DNA of 64,000 bases from an uncultured SAR86 cluster bacterium (GTDB lineage Bacteria > Pseudomonadota > Gammaproteobacteria > Magnimaribacterales > D2472). The stretch is from NCBI GenBank assembly GCA_902513515.1, contig CABXNE010000001.1, positions 41,102 to 105,101 on the forward strand, in the 5' to 3' direction. The notes below the pieces were generated by a model. It was given only the letters and a program-made list of their open reading frames with translations. It was not told the DNA's origin and searched no databases. Of this stretch, positions 47,933-59,846 are shown piece after piece (positions within the stretch are counted from its first letter, which is position 1; each line of letters starts with the position of its first letter). The position numbers and the translations under genes are program-made.

Positions 47933-48964
47933 CTATTGTCTTAAAGCATCAATCATTACCTTGACTTTATTAGGATCAATATCAGGCGTGATTCCATGAC
48001 CGAGATTAAAGATAAATCCTGGATATTCTTTCATAATATTGCAAATTTTTTGGGTTTCATGCCAGATTGACTCATCAGACTTTAGCAATACTTTTGGATC
48101 AAGATTTCCCTGTATAGCGTACTTATCTCTAAGATCTTTAGCGACACTTTCTAAATCTTCTTGCCAATAAAGACTTGCGCATGTTATTTCTTCAAAAAGA
48201 ATATCTGTAATTTTTTTATTGGGTGATTTTTCAAATAAGATAATTGGAATATCGGCCGTTACTGGATCTGTTTTTAAAAGATGTGTAAGCATTCGAGTAT
48301 ATTTTAATGAAAATCTTTCTAAATCATTTCCTGATAACAAATCTGCCCATGAATCAAAAATTTGAAGCGCATTAACACCACTCAGCACTTGCTGTCTTAA
48401 ATATTCGTAACAAGCATTGCTGAGAATTTCTAAAAATTCTTGAAGCTCCGTTGGATGATTTGCCATAAAGCTTTTTGTTTTTTTGAAATCTTTTGAGCCT
48501 CCACCTTCAATTGAATATGCTGCGAGCGTCCAAGGGCTGCCACAAAAACCTATAAGAGGTAGATCTTTGGGCAATAGATTTTTAGTCTCTTCAACGGCCT
48601 TGAATACATAGCCAATAGCGTTAACGTCAAAGGATATTAATTTTTTAATGTCTTGAGGAGATGATATTGGATTGCTAAATTTTGGACCCTCACCCTCGTG
48701 GAAAGCAAGGCCAAGATTTAATGCATCAGGTATCGTCAAGATATCAGAAAAAAGAATGGAAGCATCTAAACTAAATCTATCAATTGGCTGCAATGCTAGT
48801 TCAGCGCATGTTTTTGGCTGTTTGCACATATCAAGGAAGTTAGAGTAATTTTTTCTAATTTTTTGATACTCAGGAAGATATCTGCCTGCTTGACGCATAA
48901 ACCAAACTGGGGGAATTGAGTGTGTTTGAAGGTTTAGTGCTCTTAAAAATTTTGAATTTTTCAT
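47933..48964 (-). CDS. hemE: Uroporphyrinogen decarboxylase
   Basis: 343 aa. PPVWFMRQAGRYLPEY motif. The start abuts the gltD stop (no gap), keeping the conserved gltD-hemE order. Confidence 0.95.
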   Translation of the reverse strand: MKNSKFLRALNLQTHSIPPVWFMRQAGRYLPEYQKIRKNYSNFLDMCKQPKTCAELALQPIDRFSLDASILFSDILTIPDALNLGLAFHEGEGPKFSNPISSPQDIKKLISFDVNAIGYVFKAVEETKNLLPKDLPLIGFCGSPWTLAAYSIEGGGSKDFKKTKSFMANHPTELQEFLEILSNACYEYLRQQVLSGVNALQIFDSWADLLSGNDLERFSLKYTRMLTHLLKTDPVTADIPIILFEKSPNKKITDILFEEITCASLYWQEDLESVAKDLRDKYAIQGNLDPKVLLKSDESIWHETQKICNIMKEYPGFIFNLGHGITPDIDPNKVKVMIDALRQ

Positions 48965-50641
<1,677 letters not shown>

Positions 50642-50658
50642 TTAGTTCTGCGTGGTAT

Positions 50659-50677
50659 GTATGACATAGTATGACAT
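50659..50677. promoter_or_regulatory. Tandem direct repeat GTATGACAT x2 (10-bp phase) in the divergent gltD/gltB spacer; candidate operator
   Basis: GTATGACAT at 50659-50667 and again at 50669-50677. Each copy contains the small dyad ATG-A-CAT. They lie 13 bp upstream of the gltB ATG. Confidence 0.3.
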
Positions 50678-50689
50678 TTTCATGTTAAT

Positions 50690-53600
50690 ATGTATAACTT
50701 TATGCCACAACACAATACAAATATATCGTTATACCAAGAATCTCAAGCTAAGGATAACTGCGGTTTTGGGCTCATAGTAAATCGACATGGAATACAAAAT
50801 AGAGATGTGGTTAAACGCTCCATTGCTGGTCTAACAAGCATGACGCATAGAGGAGCGATCGGGGCAGATGGTAAAACTGGAGATGGCTGCGGTCTATTAT
50901 TTGATTTGAATCAAAAATTTTTTCAAAAGAGAATAAAAAAAGAATTAAAGATTAAATTACCAGAATTATTTGGTGTGGCTCAGATTTTTTCGTCTACCGC
51001 TCTGCATAAAGACTTATCAAACATAAAAAAAATTCTTAAATCTGAAAATTTAATTTTTGAGTGCGTTAGAGATGTACCCATCAACAAAACTGTTCTTGGT
51101 GAAATAGCGCTTGAATCTTTGCCGAAAATTAATCAAATATTCATAACGCCAATCTCAAAAGATTTTAATAAAGAAAGATTTGAAGCCTGCCTTCTGCAAG
51201 CTAGAAAAAAGATTGAAGAATTACATAACAATGATGAGGAGTTTTACATCTGCAGTATGTCAAGCCAAACAATTGTTTATAAGGGCTTGATGCTGCCAGA
51301 TGCTATTAGTAGATTTTATACAGATATAGCCAAAAAATCATTTACAGCTAAGGTTTGTTTATTCCATCAAAGATTTTCTACAAACACTCAACCACGCTGG
51401 CACTTGGCTCAACCTTTTAGGCTTCTTGCGCATAATGGTGAAATCAATGCAATTAGAGGAAATAGAAATTGGGTTAAAGCTCGTGCCTCGAAATTTTCAA
51501 CTCCCCTTATACCAGGTATTAGTCAATTCAAATTACTTGTTAATGAAACAGGCTCTGACTCATCAGCCCTTGATAATATGATTGAGTTGCTGGTAAAAGG
51601 AGGAATTAATTTCTTTAGATCTATTCGAATGGTCTTGCCTCCTGCTTGGCAAAACATTCACACAATGGATCCAGAAGTTAGAGCTTTCCACGAATATAAT
51701 TCAATGCATATGGAGGCTTGGGATGGCCCCGCTGGGATTGTCATGTCAGATGGAGAATGGGCAATCTGTGTTTTGGACAGAAACGGCTTAAGGCCTGCGA
51801 GATTCCAAGTACTTACTAATGGGATGATTACAGTAGCCTCTGAAACTGGCATTTACCCAGTTGCAGATGAAGAGATTCTTCAAAGGGGGCGTATAGGTCC
51901 TGGTGGAATCTTTGCAGTCAATACAGAGTCTGGTGAAATTCTTGATCAAAAGATGATCGATGAACAGCTTAAACAAAGCAAACCTTATCGAGAATGGCTA
52001 AAAAAATCTGCTATTTATCTTGAATCAACTTTAGATGCATTTGAGGGACCAGGTATAAAAAAAATTCCTCACTCTGAACTTATTAGATCTTCAAAACTCT
52101 TTTCTTTATTTAATGAAGAGAGAGTTTCTGTAATAAAACCGCTTGCACTCGATGGTCTTGAGGGTACTGGTTCAATGGGCGATGATACTGCCTTGGCAAT
52201 GTTAAGTTCAATGCCAAGATCTATATATGATTATTTTAGGCAACAATTTGCTCAAGTAACTAACCCACCAATTGATTCCCTTAGAGAATCAAGCGTTATG
52301 TCTTTAGAGGTATGTTTTGGTCCTGAGTTAAATATTTTTGAAGAATCAAAAGATCATGCAAAAAGAATTGTAAGCACCTCTCCCGTCCTTTCACATAAAA
52401 AGCTTTCAGCACTATTAAAGAACCCTTATTTTTCCTCCAAAAATTTTGATTTGGAGTATTCGCCTAAATCAAAACTCAGGGATGCCTTAAACACGCTAAC
52501 CAAAAGAGTGGTTGCATCAGTTCGAAAGGGAAAGATTATCATTCACTTAAATGAGAAATTGCCTGACAGTAATAAACTCTCAATTAATGCTTTGCTTGCA
52601 GTTGGTTGCATACACCAAGAGTTAGTTAGATTAGGCCTTAGGTCAGATGCTAACTTGATAGTTAGCTCTGCTACAGCAAGAGATACTCATCAGATTGCAT
52701 GCTTGATTAGTTTTGGAGCAACCGCTGTTTTCCCCTGGCTGGCTTTCCAAACAATCCTAGATCTAACTCATCGTAAAGAACTCAAGGGCAGTCCAACTGC
52801 TAACTGCGCTAAATATCGCAAAGGCATTAATAAAGGGTTGTTAAAAATTATTTCTAAAATTGGCATCTCAACAATCTCAAGTTATAGAGGATCTCAATTA
52901 CATGAGATAGTTGGGTTAAGTTCAGATATTGTAGATTTATCTTTTACAAATACTGTTAGCAGAGTAGGGGGCAAGACTTTTAAAGATTTAGATGCTGAAA
53001 TGCGATCTTTAAGTAAATATGCAAACTCAAATGTAAGTGAAATAGGCCTTGGTGGATTATTAAAATTTGTCCATGGTGGTGAATACCACGCCTATAATCC
53101 CGAAGTTGTAAAAAAACTTCAAGAAGCAGTTAGCACGGGATCTAACAAAATTTATAAAGATTATGCAGATCTTGTCAATCTCAGAGATCCCGCAATGCTA
53201 AGAGATCTGATGGAACTTAAATTTCCGATAAAACCAAACAAGGTTGCACTTTGCAATACAAAAGAGCTATTAAAAAAATTTGATTCTGCAGGCATGAGCC
53301 TGGGTGCATTATCTCCAGATGCTCATGAAACATTAGCCGAAGCAATGAATAGCATGGGAGCAAGATCAAATTCTGGAGAGGGTGGAGAAGCTAAAGAAAG
53401 ATACGGCACTTCCAAGATGTCAAAAATAAAACAAGTTGCATCTGGTCGTTTTGGTGTAACGCCTGAGTACTTGGTAAATGCAGAGGTTTTACAAATTAAA
53501 ATAGCTCAGGGTGCAAAACCAGGAGAAGGCGGTCAACTTCCTGGAGGTAAAGTTAATCCGTTGATTGCAAAGCTTAGATACTCAACTCCTGGCATTACCT

Positions 53601-55150
53601 TGATTTCACCGCCACCGCATCATGATATTTATTCAATTGAGGATTTAGCTCAACTGATCTTTGATCTAAAGCAAGTAAATTCAAAAGCATTGGTTTCAGT
53701 TAAATTAGTGTCTGAACCAGGAGTGGGAACAATTGCTGCTGGTGTTGCTAAGGCATATGCAGATCTCATAACCATTTCGGGTCATGATGGTGGAACGGGC
53801 GCAAGCCCTTTATCTTCTATTCGTTATGCAGGCTCTCCATGGGAGCTTGGTTTATCTGAAGCCCATCAAGCTCTTAGAGCTAGCAATTTACGACATAAAG
53901 TTAGACTGCAAGCCGATGGTGGCTTGAAAACCGGTTTAGACGTAGTCAAAGCAGCAATTCTTGGCGCTGAATCATTTGGTTTTGGGACAGGGCCAATGAT
54001 TGCAATGGGTTGTAAATATTTAAGAATTTGCCATCTTAATAATTGCGCTACAGGTGTAGCAACTCAAAGAAGAGATATTATCGATCATCACTATATTGGT
54101 GAGAAAGAGCGAGTTATTAATTACTTCACATTTATTGCAAATGAGGTACAAGAAATTTTAGGTAGATTGGGTGTTCCAAACCTTGAGTCCATAATTGGCC
54201 AAACTCAGTATTTAAAAGATATTACTCAAGATAATCCTTCTACAGAAAATATTGATTTATCTACAATCCTATATTCTGATAAAAAATCAATTTCTCCTCA
54301 TTACTGTAATACTTTATCAAATGATCCATGGGATAAAGGACATTTAAATTTAAAGATTCTGCATGATTTAAAATCTACAATTTCTAAAGGCCTTTCATCA
54401 GATTTTTATTATGATATCTCTAATCGAGATAGATCTGTTGGAGCTCAAGCTTCTGGTTTGATTGCATCTTTGTATGGTGAAAAAGGTTTGAAGCAAAAAC
54501 AAACTCTTAACTTTAAGGGATCTGCTGGACAGAGTTTTGGTGTGTGGAATGCAGCAGGCTTAAATCTAAAATTAGATGGCGACGCAAATGATTATGTGGG
54601 CAAAGGTATGAATGGAGGCAAGATAGTAATTTCAAGCTCTTCTGAATATGCCTCTCAAGATTCTCCAACTGTTTTAGTCGGCAATACAGCATTGTATGGC
54701 GCAACTGGTGGTGAGCTTTACGTTGGTGGATGTGTTGGTGAAAGATTTGCAGTAAGAAATTCTGGTGCATCTGCTGTCATTGAAGGAGCTGGAGATCATT
54801 GCTGTGAATATATGACTGGTGGCCATGTGACTGTTTTGGGAAATGTAGGTTCTAATTTTGGAGCAGGAATGACAGGCGGTTTTGCATATGTTCTTGATAC
54901 GGACAGAAGATTTTTTGATCAATGCAATCGAAGCCTTATTAATTTAGATAGGATTGTGAGTGAAGAAATGGAATCCCATAGAAAATTTTTAAAACAAATT
55001 CTCACTCGTCATATCAAAGAAACTAAAAGTGAAAGGGTTAAATTAATATTAGATGAATTTGATAGATATTCGCCATCATTCTGGCTGGTATCACCTGCGG
55101 CTTTAAACATTAAGGATCTCTTAAAAGCAACGACAGCCAACGCCGCTTAA
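50690..55150 (+). CDS. gltB: Glutamate synthase (NADPH) large subunit
   Basis: 1486 aa. Propeptide followed by the amidotransferase N-terminal Cys (DNCGFGLI). FMN/Fe-S central domains (GEGGE, KIAQGAKPGEGGQLPG, SPPPHHDIYSIEDLAQLI). C-terminal GXGXG beta-helix domain. Confidence 0.97.
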   Translation: MYNFMPQHNTNISLYQESQAKDNCGFGLIVNRHGIQNRDVVKRSIAGLTSMTHRGAIGADGKTGDGCGLLFDLNQKFFQKRIKKELKIKLPELFGVAQIFSSTALHKDLSNIKKILKSENLIFECVRDVPINKTVLGEIALESLPKINQIFITPISKDFNKERFEACLLQARKKIEELHNNDEEFYICSMSSQTIVYKGLMLPDAISRFYTDIAKKSFTAKVCLFHQRFSTNTQPRWHLAQPFRLLAHNGEINAIRGNRNWVKARASKFSTPLIPGISQFKLLVNETGSDSSALDNMIELLVKGGINFFRSIRMVLPPAWQNIHTMDPEVRAFHEYNSMHMEAWDGPAGIVMSDGEWAICVLDRNGLRPARFQVLTNGMITVASETGIYPVADEEILQRGRIGPGGIFAVNTESGEILDQKMIDEQLKQSKPYREWLKKSAIYLESTLDAFEGPGIKKIPHSELIRSSKLFSLFNEERVSVIKPLALDGLEGTGSMGDDTALAMLSSMPRSIYDYFRQQFAQVTNPPIDSLRESSVMSLEVCFGPELNIFEESKDHAKRIVSTSPVLSHKKLSALLKNPYFSSKNFDLEYSPKSKLRDALNTLTKRVVASVRKGKIIIHLNEKLPDSNKLSINALLAVGCIHQELVRLGLRSDANLIVSSATARDTHQIACLISFGATAVFPWLAFQTILDLTHRKELKGSPTANCAKYRKGINKGLLKIISKIGISTISSYRGSQLHEIVGLSSDIVDLSFTNTVSRVGGKTFKDLDAEMRSLSKYANSNVSEIGLGGLLKFVHGGEYHAYNPEVVKKLQEAVSTGSNKIYKDYADLVNLRDPAMLRDLMELKFPIKPNKVALCNTKELLKKFDSAGMSLGALSPDAHETLAEAMNSMGARSNSGEGGEAKERYGTSKMSKIKQVASGRFGVTPEYLVNAEVLQIKIAQGAKPGEGGQLPGGKVNPLIAKLRYSTPGITLISPPPHHDIYSIEDLAQLIFDLKQVNSKALVSVKLVSEPGVGTIAAGVAKAYADLITISGHDGGTGASPLSSIRYAGSPWELGLSEAHQALRASNLRHKVRLQADGGLKTGLDVVKAAILGAESFGFGTGPMIAMGCKYLRICHLNNCATGVATQRRDIIDHHYIGEKERVINYFTFIANEVQEILGRLGVPNLESIIGQTQYLKDITQDNPSTENIDLSTILYSDKKSISPHYCNTLSNDPWDKGHLNLKILHDLKSTISKGLSSDFYYDISNRDRSVGAQASGLIASLYGEKGLKQKQTLNFKGSAGQSFGVWNAAGLNLKLDGDANDYVGKGMNGGKIVISSSSEYASQDSPTVLVGNTALYGATGGELYVGGCVGERFAVRNSGASAVIEGAGDHCCEYMTGGHVTVLGNVGSNFGAGMTGGFAYVLDTDRRFFDQCNRSLINLDRIVSEEMESHRKFLKQILTRHIKETKSERVKLILDEFDRYSPSFWLVSPAALNIKDLLKATTANAA

Positions 55151-55151
55151 T

Positions 55152-56225
55152 CTAATCTTTAAGCCCTCTTTGAAGATTTTTTACATCAAATGAACTTGTA
55201 ATTATTGCCTTTGATATCTGATTTAGCAAAACAAGATTGAGTTTGCCTGCTTTAATTTTTTTATCTCTAAATATATATGGCTTTAATTTTTGAAATTTGT
55301 ATTGATTAAGAGATAGATCAAATTCATATAAATGCAATAAGTCTATAATTTTCGTATGGTCTTTTTCAGTAATAAGATTTTCTAAATATGAAATTTTTGA
55401 AGCAATTTTCATTCCTTTTGCAATTGCCTCTCCATGAAGGATCTTTTTGTATTTACCATGCGCTTCAATAGCATGACCAAAAGTATGACCAAAATTTAGA
55501 ATCGCACGAATGCCATTCTCCCTCTCATCCTTGGTGACAATCTTGGCTTTGGTTTGAATGGATCTAAAAATTATTTCTTCTATAACATTATTCTCCATTG
55601 ATAATATTTTCTTAGCGTGGGTTTCAAGTAATGAAAAAAGAGATTTATTTTCAATTAGGGCATATTTAATTACCTCTGCTAATCCAGCCTTAAATTCTCT
55701 ATTTGGAAGTGTTTTAAGGACAGTTGTATCTATGATGACGCCTTTTGGATTATAGAATGCTCCAACAAGATTTTTACCGGCAGAAATATTAATGGCAGTT
55801 TTTCCGCCTACAGAAGAATCTACTTGCGCGAGAAGTGTTGTAGGGATTTGTATAAATTCAATACCTCTTAGGTATGAGCTAGCAACATAACCAGAGATAT
55901 CCCCAACCACTCCGCCACCAACAGCAACTATTAGATCGGTTCTATCAAAATTATTATCAGCCAAATAATTTAATATTTTTTGAAAATTTTGAACAGATTT
56001 AGCATTTTCTCCATGCTCTAGAATAACTTTAAAAACTTTGGAAAATGGTTTAGAAATCCCGGTAACTTTTCTAACTATTTTTTGTGGGACTCCATCATCT
56101 GAAATAATGAGGGTTTTATTATGCTGCTTAAGTAGAGGAGCTAGATTTTTTCTTAATATAGCCTCTTTGCTAATTACAATTTTGTATTTATTTTGTCTTT
56201 GACCTGCAAATAGCTCTTTAGCCAT
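55152..56225 (-). CDS. aroB: 3-dehydroquinate synthase
   Basis: 357 aa. GGGVVGDISGYVASSYLRGIEFIQIPTTLLAQVDSSVGGKTAIN and HTFGHAIE motifs. Confidence 0.9.
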   Translation of the reverse strand: MAKELFAGQRQNKYKIVISKEAILRKNLAPLLKQHNKTLIISDDGVPQKIVRKVTGISKPFSKVFKVILEHGENAKSVQNFQKILNYLADNNFDRTDLIVAVGGGVVGDISGYVASSYLRGIEFIQIPTTLLAQVDSSVGGKTAINISAGKNLVGAFYNPKGVIIDTTVLKTLPNREFKAGLAEVIKYALIENKSLFSLLETHAKKILSMENNVIEEIIFRSIQTKAKIVTKDERENGIRAILNFGHTFGHAIEAHGKYKKILHGEAIAKGMKIASKISYLENLITEKDHTKIIDLLHLYEFDLSLNQYKFQKLKPYIFRDKKIKAGKLNLVLLNQISKAIITSSFDVKNLQRGLKD

Positions 56226-56727
56226 AATTTTTAACTAGTTTTACTATTTCGTTTGCAACTTCAGAGCCGCTTTTATTCTCGGTATCGATTATATGATCAG
56301 CAACTTCTTCATATAGAGATTGTCTTGATTCTTGAAGTTCTGTTAGGACTTTTTTTGGATCTTGATCTTTTAATAAAGGCCTATCTTTATCTTTAGCTGT
56401 CCTTTCAATTTGAGTATTTAATGGCGTATGTAGGTAGAAAACTGTACCTCTTGATGCAAGGAGCTCTCTATTTTCTCCCTCAATTACAATACCGCCACCG
56501 GTAGCAAGGACAATAGAATTCAATGCAACCATTTCTTTCAATATGGCAGTCTCTCTCTTCCTGAAACCTGATTCACCCTCAATATCAAAAATCCAATCAA
56601 TTTTGACTCCAGTGGTATCTTCAATCTTCGCATCGGTATCATGAAAATCAAGGAATAGTTCCCCAGCCACAATCTTTCCGACAGTGGTTTTTCCAGAGCC
56701 CATAGGTCCAACTATAAAAATATTCAT
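56218..56727 (-). CDS. aroK: Shikimate kinase
   Basis: 169 aa. Walker A IVGPMGSGKTTVGK, DTD, GGG motifs. Overlaps aroB by 8 nt. Confidence 0.9.
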   Translation of the reverse strand: MNIFIVGPMGSGKTTVGKIVAGELFLDFHDTDAKIEDTTGVKIDWIFDIEGESGFRKRETAILKEMVALNSIVLATGGGIVIEGENRELLASRGTVFYLHTPLNTQIERTAKDKDRPLLKDQDPKKVLTELQESRQSLYEEVADHIIDTENKSGSEVANEIVKLVKNYG

Positions 56728-56837
56728 ACTTCGCTTTTTTTGAATGCTGATTCTATCATTTATAGGAGTAAAATAATTCTAATTCACACATCAAAATATT
56801 TTAGAGTTAATATTAAAGACATAATTATTTAATTTGT

Positions 56838-59273
56838 ATGTTTATTAGACTAATTAATTGGGCATTATCAGCCGCTCTAATTACTACCCTTGCATCAATA
56901 CTTGTCATTGGGGCAGGGTACTTGCTTATTAAGCCAGGCCTTCCTGAAATTAATTTAGTTGATCAAGACACATTACAAATTCCCCTAAAAGTTTTAACCT
57001 CTGATGGAGTTTTAATTGGAGAGTTTGGTGATCAAAAAAGAAGGACTATTGAATACAAGGATATTCCTAACAATCTTAAAAATGCATTTTTAGCAGCTGA
57101 AGACGATCAATTTTTTGAGCATATCGGTATCAGGATTCCTTCTCTTGTTAGAGCTTTCTTCCAAATGATTCAATCAGGTGAAATCGTAAGCGGGGGTGGC
57201 ACAATAACAATGCAGGTTGTTAGAGGATACTTATTATCAAGAGAACAAAAAATTATTCGAAAGATAAAAGAGATATATCTAGCCTTTGAGCTTGAAAGCT
57301 CTGCTTCCAAGGAGGAGATCTTTTCTTTATACCTAAATACTATTTTTTTAGGTAATCGATCATATGGTGTCGAAGCCGCTGCAAATAAGTACTTTTCAAA
57401 ATCTATTAACAACCTTACCCTTGCAGAATCTGCATTAATTGCATCCTCAGCTCAGCTTCCCTCCAAAATTAATCCTATCCGCTCACCTGATAGGACAATT
57501 ATCAGGCGTAATTGGATTTTAGGAAGAATGTATAAGCTTGGATATATTGGCAGAGCACAGTTTTTGCTGGCGCAGTCTGAGCCAATCAACTTGACGCAAT
57601 TAGAATCAAGCTTTTCATTAGATGGGAGATATATTGCTGAAATCACAAGACAGGCAATGATCGATAGATATGGCTTATCCGTTTACAAAGATGGCTTATC
57701 AGTTATAACTACAATAGACTCCTCACTTCAGCAATCCGCTCTTGAGAGCGTTGCAAGAAATCTGTATGCCTATGATAAACGTCATGGTTGGAGGGAACCA
57801 ATAAACCTTCTATCAGAAATTCCTGAACTAGTAATCACAGAATTACAAGAAGGAAATTTAGATATCTTATATCAAGAGTCTGAAACTAATGATGAGTTAG
57901 GCATGAGACAACTATACGTGTCAGTAATCAGAGATTTCTTTGAAGACCTTGTAGATTTAGATAAACATTCAGGCGGAATAGTTATCGATGTAAAACCTGA
58001 AAGAATTATCTATCTTAATAATTCTTTTCAATTAAAAAGTTTATTTTGGGATGATTCATATAAGTGGGCTAGGCCAAAAATAAATATCAATAAATTAGGC
58101 CCACGACCACAAAATTTTTATGACATTCTGCGTTTAGGAGATTTAGTGCATCTATCAGAAAAAAATGGTAGTTATTATCTTGATCAAGTCCCAGATGCTG
58201 AAGTGGCATTCATTTCAACTGAGCCATCAACTGGAGCAATTAAAACTTATATTGGAGGATTAAATTTCTCAAAAAGTAATTTTGATAGGGTCAAGCAATC
58301 ATATCCCCAAGCTGGCTCTAGCTTTAAGCCATTTATTTATGCATCTGCTTTTGCGAATGGTTATAAGGCATCAGATAAAATTAATGACGCACCTATTATT
58401 TTTGAGGACTCTAACCTAGAAAGTAGTTGGAGGCCTGAAAATTATACAAAGAAATTTTATGGGCCCATTAGGCTCAGAGAAGCACTGGTTCAATCAGTGA
58501 ATTTGGTTTCGATTAAACTGTTAAGAGAAATGGGCATTCCACTTACTCATAATTTTCTATCAAGGTTTGGCTTCCCTGTATCTAGACTTGCTCCAGATTT
58601 ATCATTAGCGCTTGGGTCATCAAGCTTTTCTCCAGCTGAGATGGTAAGGGCATATAGTATCTTGGTTAATTCTAAGGATCCTAAAGATTTATTTTTTATT
58701 GAGAAGATAATTGATAGAAATGGAAAGGTTATTTTTCAAAATTCTAAAATAGAAAGTAAGAACAAAAATATTGATGCCTTTCCATGGTTTCAAACACAAT
58801 TAACAGAGGAAATTAAACCCTTTAATCTCTTAACACCCATCACAAAGGAATTACTAGAACCAATTGATCCCAGAGTAGCTTTTATTACAAAAGATATATT
58901 AAGAGAGGCTCTTTCAAGGGGCGCCAATGGAAGAAAGACCAGAGTATTAAATCGAAGTGACATTGCTGGAAAAACAGGCACAACCAATGATGCAATTAGT
59001 ACTTGGTTTTCAGGTTTTCATAATAATTTGGTCACAACAGTTTGGGTTGGAACAGATGATTTTTCTTCCTTAGGAGATAATGAGTTTGGATCAAGTATTG
59101 CTTTGCCTGCTTGGGTTGATTTTATGAAGACCGCTCTTATAAGCCTTCCTGAAGATGATTGGAAGATTCCAAGGGGTCTGTCTTATGTGCGCGTTGATAG
59201 TGACACGGGCAGACCAGTTGAGGAAAATAGCAAAAATTCTTATTTTGAACTTTTTTTAGATGAAGATGCCTAG
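56838..59273 (+). CDS. mrcA: Penicillin-binding protein 1A (bifunctional glycosyltransferase/transpeptidase)
   Basis: 811 aa. N-terminal TM helix. GT51 motifs (AAEDDQFFEHIG, GGGTITMQV). Transpeptidase SSFKP, SVN and KTGTT motifs. Confidence 0.9.
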   Translation: MFIRLINWALSAALITTLASILVIGAGYLLIKPGLPEINLVDQDTLQIPLKVLTSDGVLIGEFGDQKRRTIEYKDIPNNLKNAFLAAEDDQFFEHIGIRIPSLVRAFFQMIQSGEIVSGGGTITMQVVRGYLLSREQKIIRKIKEIYLAFELESSASKEEIFSLYLNTIFLGNRSYGVEAAANKYFSKSINNLTLAESALIASSAQLPSKINPIRSPDRTIIRRNWILGRMYKLGYIGRAQFLLAQSEPINLTQLESSFSLDGRYIAEITRQAMIDRYGLSVYKDGLSVITTIDSSLQQSALESVARNLYAYDKRHGWREPINLLSEIPELVITELQEGNLDILYQESETNDELGMRQLYVSVIRDFFEDLVDLDKHSGGIVIDVKPERIIYLNNSFQLKSLFWDDSYKWARPKININKLGPRPQNFYDILRLGDLVHLSEKNGSYYLDQVPDAEVAFISTEPSTGAIKTYIGGLNFSKSNFDRVKQSYPQAGSSFKPFIYASAFANGYKASDKINDAPIIFEDSNLESSWRPENYTKKFYGPIRLREALVQSVNLVSIKLLREMGIPLTHNFLSRFGFPVSRLAPDLSLALGSSSFSPAEMVRAYSILVNSKDPKDLFFIEKIIDRNGKVIFQNSKIESKNKNIDAFPWFQTQLTEEIKPFNLLTPITKELLEPIDPRVAFITKDILREALSRGANGRKTRVLNRSDIAGKTGTTNDAISTWFSGFHNNLVTTVWVGTDDFSSLGDNEFGSSIALPAWVDFMKTALISLPEDDWKIPRGLSYVRVDSDTGRPVEENSKNSYFELFLDEDA

Positions 59274-59842
59274 CTCTTAAAAATACTCTTTGAAATAAGA
59301 GCCCAATAATTTTCAATATAACTACTAGGCGTTTCTTTGAATTTATTTCTAATAAATCTTGAAATCATGCCTTCCATCATTGAAGTAATGAAATGAGCAC
59401 TTTGACCTGCAGTTAGCTTTAAAGAATCTTTTTTTGAAGATAATAATTGTTTTATTGAGAGCTCCAATCTTTCATAGAATTGATTTACAGACTCTATAAC
59501 ATTTTGTTCACTTGGGCCCAATGCTTCACGAGATAATATCCTTGCAAAACCTTTATTTTTTTCTAAGAAAATTGCGTAAAAAAAGAATATCAATCTTACT
59601 TTTTCTTCCGGGTCTATTTCAGAATCTTTCTTTATTTCTCCAACTTTACGAAAAATTGTTTGATCACAAAATGTAAATAACTCTAAAAAAATCGATCTTT
59701 TACTTGGAAAATGTCTATATAAAGCTGCTTCAGTAATGCCGCTCTCTGAAGCCAGTACTGCTGTAGTTACTTTAGTGGCATCTCTTTCTTCTAAGAGTTT
59801 TGCCAAGCTCTGAAGAATAATTTGTTTTCTATCTTTTGACAT
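59270..59842 (-). CDS. slmA: TetR-family nucleoid occlusion factor SlmA-like
   Basis: 190 aa. ILQSLAKLLE..VTTAVLASESGITEAALYRHFPSKRSIF is colinear with the E. coli SlmA helix-turn-helix region. Similar length. Confidence 0.75.
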   Translation of the reverse strand: MSKDRKQIILQSLAKLLEERDATKVTTAVLASESGITEAALYRHFPSKRSIFLELFTFCDQTIFRKVGEIKKDSEIDPEEKVRLIFFFYAIFLEKNKGFARILSREALGPSEQNVIESVNQFYERLELSIKQLLSSKKDSLKLTAGQSAHFITSMMEGMISRFIRNKFKETPSSYIENYWALISKSIFKS

Positions 59843-59846
59843 AACT

